Positions 57,888 to 64,000 of a stretch of DNA of 64,000 bases are shown in pieces. The stretch lies in NCBI GenBank assembly GCA_963642885.1, contig CAVIJI010000004.1:22633-86632 (forward strand). Reading direction: 5' to 3'. The translations under genes and the position numbers were made by a program. The notes beneath the pieces are model-generated. The model ran no database searches. It had not been told where the DNA came from and saw only the letters and a program-made list of their open reading frames with translations. The stretch is from a bacterium. Lineage in GTDB: Bacteria > Bacillota > Clostridia > Oscillospirales > CAG-272. Position 1 is the first letter of the stretch. Every line of letters begins with the position of its first letter.

Positions 57888-58340
57888 ATGGATATGGCTA
57901 AATCAAGAGAAATCATCAATGCGAAAAATAACATGATGTCTATGAACAAGGGAAAAGCGGCAAGAATAGTGTTTGTTCGCCTTCTTATTATAGCGCTCGT
58001 GGACATAATAGTTTCATCGTTATTCGATTTTGTAGGCGGTGAGGCAATGCGTGAGTATAAATTCCATTGCAATGTTCACACACCCCTCAAGTATGTGTTC
58101 GGTGTTCTGCTTGTCATTGCCGCAGCGTTTTTAGTTTACACCATAGTGAAGAAAATCGACACATCAGCATGGTTGATGACTCCCGTGATGATTTCGGCAG
58201 TTGCTCTTTATCTTTTTGTTACGGCAATGCTCTATGACAGATTCAGAACCACTCCGTACCTCTTTTACACTATGACGGTTGTTGTGAGCGTGCTCTTTGC
58301 GGTGTATTATATCTACACTGTTCTGATGTATAAAAAATAA
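57888..58340 (+). CDS. Hypothetical 4-TM membrane protein
   Basis: 150 aa with four hydrophobic segments. No family was recognised. Confidence 0.5.
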   Translation: MDMAKSREIINAKNNMMSMNKGKAARIVFVRLLIIALVDIIVSSLFDFVGGEAMREYKFHCNVHTPLKYVFGVLLVIAAAFLVYTIVKKIDTSAWLMTPVMISAVALYLFVTAMLYDRFRTTPYLFYTMTVVVSVLFAVYYIYTVLMYKK

Positions 58341-58730
58341 AATCATCGTTTGAATCATTAAGAAGTCTGATGTACGAATAGGAGCATCGTGTGATGATAC
58401 CTTATCGTATATCAGACTTTTACTTTAATAATTTCATTTATTTCGATATTTGTTCGAATAAATAGCATGCTGCGGAAAATAAAGGTGCATATGATTTTTG
58501 AATAATCGGCTGTTCGATTGACTCGAATTTCGCTTTTTTTGCGTTGATATGCCGTTGATAAGAGCAGTTTGACTGCGGAATTCGACTAAACAGCATATCA
58601 TTAACAAAAAAAACGGCAAATTTCTATGAAAAATCCTTATTTTCCTATTGAAAAAATACAAAATATGATGTAAAATATAGTGTAGTATATACAATGAATA
58701 ATAAAATATAACTTATGGAAGGGGCATCAT

Positions 58731-59816
58731 ATGTCAAATCGTTTATTTCAGGGAATAATTCATCAGATGAGGGACGCCGTTGACAGAATTATCGGTGTTA
58801 TTGACGATAACGGTGTGATAATTGCTTGCAGTGAGCTTGTGAAGATAGGCGAAATGCGACAGGGAGTTCGCGATGAGCTTGCATATACTTCCGATGCGAT
58901 TACCTCCGGCGGCTACACGTATAAGCCGATAGGGACAAGTTCGAAATGGGAGTACATAGTATTCATAGAAGGCGAAGATAAATATGCCGAAAAGATAGCT
59001 ACTATTTTAGCTGTCTCACTCTCGAATATTAAGAACTTGTACGATGAAAAATACGACAAGAATTCGTTCATCAAGAATATTATCTTAGATAATATTCTCC
59101 CGAGTGATATTTACATCAAATCCAAGGAGCTTCGTTTTAACGCTGAGGAATCGCGTGTCGTATTCCTTATTAAGTTCCATTCGAAGTCCGATGTTCTTTC
59201 CTTCGATATGGTGCAGAATATTTTCCCGGATAAAAACAAGGATTATGTTATCTCGACAGGCGAGACCGATATAGTACTTGTCAAAGAGGTTAAGCCCGGA
59301 ACGGATATTAAGGAAATCGAAAAGATAGCAAAGAACATAGCCGATACTCTTAACTCCGAGTTCTATGTAAAGGTTTCCGTCGGTATAGGTACCGTAGTCG
59401 ATAATATCAAGGATCTCGCACGTTCTTACAAGGAAGCTCAGGTTGCGTTTGAAGTAGGTAAAGTATTCGATACGGAAAAGAATATAATCAGCTATGAAAA
59501 TCTCGGCATAGGTCGACTTATTTACCAGCTTCCTACCACACTCTGTGAGATGTTCCTTCAGGAAGTATTCAAGAACGGTTCGCTCGATTCTCTTGACAGA
59601 GAGACGCTCATGACGATTCAGGCGTTCTTCGAAAATAACCTTAATGTATCCGAGACATCGCGTAAGCTGTTTGTACACAGAAACACACTGGTTTACAGAC
59701 TCGAGAAAATCCGTAAGCTCACAGGACTCGACCTCAGAGAATTCGATCACGCAATTACATTTAAGGTTGCACTGATGGTTAAGAGATACCTTACCACAAA
59801 GCCCGTTAAATATTAA
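58731..59816 (+). CDS. PucR/CdaR family transcriptional regulator
   Basis: 361 aa with C-terminal HTH LNVSETSRKLFVHRNTLVYRLEKIRKLTGLDL. Confidence 0.8.
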   Translation: MSNRLFQGIIHQMRDAVDRIIGVIDDNGVIIACSELVKIGEMRQGVRDELAYTSDAITSGGYTYKPIGTSSKWEYIVFIEGEDKYAEKIATILAVSLSNIKNLYDEKYDKNSFIKNIILDNILPSDIYIKSKELRFNAEESRVVFLIKFHSKSDVLSFDMVQNIFPDKNKDYVISTGETDIVLVKEVKPGTDIKEIEKIAKNIADTLNSEFYVKVSVGIGTVVDNIKDLARSYKEAQVAFEVGKVFDTEKNIISYENLGIGRLIYQLPTTLCEMFLQEVFKNGSLDSLDRETLMTIQAFFENNLNVSETSRKLFVHRNTLVYRLEKIRKLTGLDLREFDHAITFKVALMVKRYLTTKPVKY

Positions 59817-59883
59817 TATTTATCGAAGCTTAAACAGAGATAAAGCCAAAATAATACGAAAGGCAACACTGCTCGGCACACCG

Positions 59884-59913
59884 AAGGCAATACTGTGCGG
59901 GCGGTATTGCCTT
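59884..59913 (+). terminator. Hairpin after the PucR-family gene
   Basis: aaggcaatac-N10-gtattgcctt followed by aaatcttt. Confidence 0.45.
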
Positions 59914-60101
59914 AAATCTTTATAATACGTTATTTTAAAAGAAATTACATAAAAATACTGTAAAGTATATACAAAGAACGTCGTATTAGACTTATTGACA
60001 TTAATGCTGTTGTGTTTTGATTGTGCAATGAGTATGGCTATGATAAAATACCCTAAGCGGAAAGGAGAGAGGGCGAAAACGCTCTCGCACATCCTACAGT
60101 A

Positions 60102-60788
60102 ATGATAGATTTTGTTAACGTGAAAAAAGCATATCCAAACGGAACAATGGCTTTGCGCGGAATCAATCTTCACATTGACGACGGTGAGTTTGTTTTTGTG
60201 GTCGGTCATTCGGGAGCCGGCAAAACCACACTGATGAAGCTGCTGCTGAGAGAAGAAAAAATCAGTTCGGGAAAGCTTACCGTAGGTGACTATGACCTCA
60301 CCAAAATGTCCGATTTTAAGGTCCCGTATTACAGAAGGGAATTGGGTGTTGTTTTCCAGGATTTCAGACTGTTTCCGAAGAAAACAGTCTACGAGAATGT
60401 TTCATTTGCAATGGAGGTCGTGGGAACACCGCGCAAGAAAATCTCCAGAAGAGTACCGGCAATATTAAATACCGTTAACCTTACGGGAAAACAGGATTCA
60501 TTCCCGAATGAGATCTCCGGCGGCGAGCAGCAGAGAGTCGCACTTGCACGTGCGCTTGCCAACAATCCCAAGGTTATAATCGCGGACGAGCCGACGGGAA
60601 ACATCGATCCGAAGATGTCGCTCGAAATAATGTCGCTTCTCGTTAAAATAAACAGACTCGGTAAAACCGTTATCGTTGTAACACACGAAAAAAATCTTGT
60701 TGACTATTATAAACAGCGCGTCGTAATGCTTAAGGACGGACTTATAGTTGAAGACAGAGTCGGGGGTATGTTCGATGCGAAGATATAA
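60102..60788 (+). CDS. ftsE: Cell division ATP-binding protein FtsE
   Basis: 228 aa with Walker A GHSGAGKTT, signature SGGEQQR and Walker B VIIADEPTG. Confidence 0.93.
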   Translation: MIDFVNVKKAYPNGTMALRGINLHIDDGEFVFVVGHSGAGKTTLMKLLLREEKISSGKLTVGDYDLTKMSDFKVPYYRRELGVVFQDFRLFPKKTVYENVSFAMEVVGTPRKKISRRVPAILNTVNLTGKQDSFPNEISGGEQQRVALARALANNPKVIIADEPTGNIDPKMSLEIMSLLVKINRLGKTVIVVTHEKNLVDYYKQRVVMLKDGLIVEDRVGGMFDAKI

Positions 60789-61653
60789 TATATTCTATTT
60801 CATAGGACAGGCGTTATCGGGGCTCTGGAGAAACGGTGTCATGACTTTTGCGTCGATAGCGGTGCTCATGAGCTGTCTCGTGGTTTTAGGCGGTTTTACG
60901 CTTTTGGTTGAGACAATCAATCTTAATCTCGAACAGTTCGGAGTTTTAAAGGAAATTGTCGTTTTTTGCGATCAGAATTTAACCGAAGATGAAATAGTCG
61001 AGATCGGTAATAAAATCGAAAAGCTTGACAATATAGAAAAGATCGAACGCGTCACTAAGGAAGAGGGACTCGAGTACATGAAGACAAAATACGATGTGTA
61101 CTCGGATGTAACAGATGATGTAAACCCGCTTCCCGACAGATATGATATAACCTATATAGATAACGACAAGGTGTCCGAGCTTGATTATCAGCTCAGACAG
61201 ATCGAGGGAATAACAAAGGTAAACAACCGTTTCGAGCTCGCCACAACACTCGAAAACTTCAAGGGCGGAATTAAGCTTGTTTTTGCGTGGTTCTTGATAA
61301 TTCTCGCTGTTGTCAGCGTTTTCATAATTATCAATACGATTAAGCTGTCTGTTTTTTCGAGAAAAAACGAAATCAGTATTATGCGCTACGTAGGAGCTAC
61401 GGGATGGTTCATATCGCTTCCGTTTATATTCGAAGGTATATTTATCGGTTTGTTTGCTTCGATTTGTGCATACTTTATCGAATGGTATATTTACTCCTAC
61501 ATAGAAACACTCGTTGTGACCGATCTGCAGATGTTAACTATAATGCAGTTCTCGGATATCGGTAATTATGTACTGTGGGGCTTTATCGGAGTCGGTGTTT
61601 TGGCAGGTATATTCGGCTCGTCGCTTTCACTGAAAAAATACCTTAGACAGTAA
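60775..61653 (+). CDS. ftsX: Cell division permease FtsX
   Basis: The start is placed at ATG 60775 (MRRYNIFYF), overlapping the end of ftsE. It has 4 TM and a large first extracellular loop. Confidence 0.88.
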   Translation: MRRYNIFYFIGQALSGLWRNGVMTFASIAVLMSCLVVLGGFTLLVETINLNLEQFGVLKEIVVFCDQNLTEDEIVEIGNKIEKLDNIEKIERVTKEEGLEYMKTKYDVYSDVTDDVNPLPDRYDITYIDNDKVSELDYQLRQIEGITKVNNRFELATTLENFKGGIKLVFAWFLIILAVVSVFIIINTIKLSVFSRKNEISIMRYVGATGWFISLPFIFEGIFIGLFASICAYFIEWYIYSYIETLVVTDLQMLTIMQFSDIGNYVLWGFIGVGVLAGIFGSSLSLKKYLRQ

Positions 61654-61703
61654 CCGAGAAAACGATTTCGGCAGAGCGTTTTTTGGAATTAAAGGGCAGG
61701 AAC

Positions 61704-62891
61704 ATGAGAAAAATAAAGCTGAAAATCATGTCGGCGATTTTAATCGGCAGCGCGGTTGTCGCTATATGCTATCCCATGCAAATTGCGGTAGCGGCTGACG
61801 GTGAGCTTACCGATGCAACGGTACAGTCCTACGAGGATCAGATTGCCGACATACAAAGAAAAAAGGATCAAGCACTCGATGAGCTTGCGAGTATACAGAC
61901 GGACAAGAGCAATACGTGGAACACAATCACCGAGCTTGATAAGGTAATCGAGTACAACAACCAGATGAAAACCCTCGCCGAGGGACAGATGGATGAGCTT
62001 GATAAGTCGATTACACAGAAAACGGCGGACATCGAGGATAAGGAAACGAGAATAGAGAATCAGGAAGAAGCATTTCTTGAGAGAATGGTTGACGTGTATA
62101 TGGACGAAAATTCCGATTACATCGAAATTCTTCTCGGTTCGGAAAGCCTTGTTGACTTTTTAACGAAGCTTGATTATGTAAACGCTGTTTTCGATTTTGA
62201 TGCCGATGTAATTACAGAATTAAAAGCCACAAAAGAGGCACTTGAGGCCGATAAGGCTACCCTTGATGATCAATTGGAGATACAGCAGCTGAGAGTTGCG
62301 GATTACGAAAACGCGATTCAGGAGAATCAGGCGGCATATGAGGATAAACTCGACTACATGTCGAACCTTGAGGATAATGAAGCGGATTGGATGGAGACAT
62401 ACAATTACAACAAGCAGCTTGAGGAACAGCTCAACTCGGAGCTCGAAAATTATTTGGCGGAGCTTCAAAAGAAGAGCCAGTCCGTGTATATCGGCGGTGA
62501 TGTCGGATGGCCTCTTGACGCAAATGCTTCATACTATGTATCTTCAGAGCAGGGCTGGCGCGATCTTTACGGAGTACAGGATTATCACCTCGGAATAGAC
62601 TTGGCTTGCGCAAACGGTACCGATGTGTTTGCGGCCAACGGAGGAACCGTTCTTAAGAGCGAAATGCACTGGAGTTACGGAAACTATGTCCTGATAGACC
62701 ACGGTGGCGGCATATCGACATTATATGCGCATATGTCGGACAGATTGGTTTCGGCGGGGGATACGGTAAGTGCGGGACAGATAATCGGACATGTAGGCCT
62801 TACAGGCAATACGTTCGGATATCATTTGCATTTCGAAGTCCGTGAAAACGGTTCGGTAGTTAACCCGCGCAACTATTTGGTATTTCCGTAA
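61704..62891 (+). CDS. Coiled-coil M23 (LytM) peptidase, EnvC/PcsB-like FtsEX partner
   Basis: The start is placed at ATG 61704 (MRKIKLK). It has a signal/TM, long coiled-coil, and a C-terminal M23 domain with HLGIDLA (HxxxD) and HLHFEV (HxH) intact. Confidence 0.85.
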   Translation: MRKIKLKIMSAILIGSAVVAICYPMQIAVAADGELTDATVQSYEDQIADIQRKKDQALDELASIQTDKSNTWNTITELDKVIEYNNQMKTLAEGQMDELDKSITQKTADIEDKETRIENQEEAFLERMVDVYMDENSDYIEILLGSESLVDFLTKLDYVNAVFDFDADVITELKATKEALEADKATLDDQLEIQQLRVADYENAIQENQAAYEDKLDYMSNLEDNEADWMETYNYNKQLEEQLNSELENYLAELQKKSQSVYIGGDVGWPLDANASYYVSSEQGWRDLYGVQDYHLGIDLACANGTDVFAANGGTVLKSEMHWSYGNYVLIDHGGGISTLYAHMSDRLVSAGDTVSAGQIIGHVGLTGNTFGYHLHFEVRENGSVVNPRNYLVFP

Positions 62892-62976
62892 TCACGTGAT
62901 TTTAATCGAGAATCGACTGTGATGTAAGACAGGTATTGATTCTAAAAAATATTTACCAGAGAAAGGTTTGCAGATA

Positions 62977-64000
62977 ATGCGCAAAAAGATATCCGTAGGT
63001 GCATGTATTGTGACGGTTCTGATATGCTGCATCGCTACATTTCAGGCAACCTACATCGGTCTTTACAACAAATTCGAGAGCAGATATCTCGGGGAGGCCG
63101 TAAGTACACTTAATAATTCGGGCACATTCTCCGATACATCCGTAACAACGGGAAGCGAAACATCCTCATCTGAATTTCTGGAAAAGGCAACCGCGAAGCT
63201 TGCGGAGGTTGACAGTATATACCGCAATTATTATATTGATGAGCTTGATGACGACACACTTATCGACGGAATGCTTGCGGGATACATTGCCGGCACAGGC
63301 GACCGGTACGGTGCTTATTACAATGCGGAAGCATTCGATTCATTTGTAAGCGACCTTGAGGGCGAGGTCGCGGGAATAGGTGTTACGGTAATCTACAATG
63401 TTGACTATAAAGCAATAGAGGTAATAAGTGTTGTAGACGATTCTCCCGCACTTGAGGCGGGTATCCTGCCGGGAGATCTTATTGTGTATGTCGGCGAAGA
63501 TAAAGAGTCGGTCAGCGAAATCGGATACTATCCCGCCATTAACAAGTTGAAGGGAACAGTCGGAACTCATGCATTATTCACGGTATTGAGAGGGGAAAAC
63601 TATTCGGAAGTACTCGAGTTCGATATCGAAAGACGTATTGTCGAAGCCCAGTCCGTACTTTACAGAGTATACGCACTCGATGATAAGATCGGAGTAATCA
63701 AGATTTCCGAGTTTGACGGAAACACACCGACACAGTTTGTTTCGGCAGTAGAAGAATTGCAGTCAAAAGGCTGTGAAAAGCTGATTATAGACCTCAGATA
63801 CAATCCGGGCGGGGAATTGTCGTCCATCGTTACCACGCTTGATTATATACTTCCCGAAGGCCCGATTGTAAGAATTTTCGATGCCGACGGCAATGAGGTT
63901 AAAGCATATTATTCCGAAGCAGGAGAGTTGGATATGCCGATGGCGGTTTTGGTAAACGGCAGTACCGCAAGTGCGGCGGAGCTGTTTACTTCCGCGGTGC
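62977..64000 (+). CDS. S41 family C-terminal processing peptidase (partial, runs off the window)
   Basis: Hand-translated from ATG 62977: MRKKISVGACIVTVLICC..., a PDZ-like GILPGDLIV, DLRYNPGG and GSTASAAE (catalytic Ser). There is no stop before 64000. Confidence 0.85.
   Translation, partial: MRKKISVGACIVTVLICCIATFQATYIGLYNKFESRYLGEAVSTLNNSGTFSDTSVTTGSETSSSEFLEKATAKLAEVDSIYRNYYIDELDDDTLIDGMLAGYIAGTGDRYGAYYNAEAFDSFVSDLEGEVAGIGVTVIYNVDYKAIEVISVVDDSPALEAGILPGDLIVYVGEDKESVSEIGYYPAINKLKGTVGTHALFTVLRGENYSEVLEFDIERRIVEAQSVLYRVYALDDKIGVIKISEFDGNTPTQFVSAVEELQSKGCEKLIIDLRYNPGGELSSIVTTLDYILPEGPIVRIFDADGNEVKAYYSEAGELDMPMAVLVNGSTASAAELFTSAV

Noticed and set aside
58403-58474. A 23-aa micro-ORF (MIPYRISDFYFNNFIYFDICSNK) following AGGAG at 9-nt spacing.
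   Set aside because: There is no support beyond the SD. It lies in the loop of a 9-bp inverted repeat (aagtctgat/atcagactt) downstream of the membrane-protein gene and is AT-rich. It was noted only.

Overview
The window looks like a low-to-mid GC Firmicutes/Clostridia-type chromosome (inference from AGGAGG-type SDs, [FeFe] hydrogenases, type III glutamine synthetase and the rpmG-secE-nusG-rplK-rplA order). It mixes housekeeping genes with a loose carbohydrate and efflux accessory region. Housekeeping genes are ftsH, gdhA, ispE, rpmG-secE-nusG-rplKA, rpsO-pnp, glnN, rsmE and ftsEX-M23-ctp. The accessory region carries GH2, a GHL6-like protein, GH51, GH29, GH43, D-lyxose isomerase, uxaC, a PfkB kinase, MFS, two MATE transporters, EamA and two orphan SBP lipoproteins. 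There is one tRNA-Leu(CAA). I saw no rRNA, CRISPR/cas, transposase or integrase. One operon (about 33.4-38.2 kb) is an Hfs-like sensory [FeFe]-hydrogenase unit: two thioredoxin-like ferredoxins, PAS-HydS, a PP2C phosphatase and a group-B-like hydrogenase. The most unusual signal is non-coding. A modular family of structured intergenic repeats sits at gene 3' ends. It occurs as a 101-bp x ~3.9 tandem array (41.9-42.3 kb), a 94-bp x ~5.4 tandem array (53.9-54.4 kb) and four solo modules (47.7 and 53.8 kb). All share a stem-N31-stem domain with compensatory stem changes, plus a GAG...CTC hairpin. I do not recognise it as a named family. Function calls rest on motifs read from the translations and on remembered family signatures; no database search was run.
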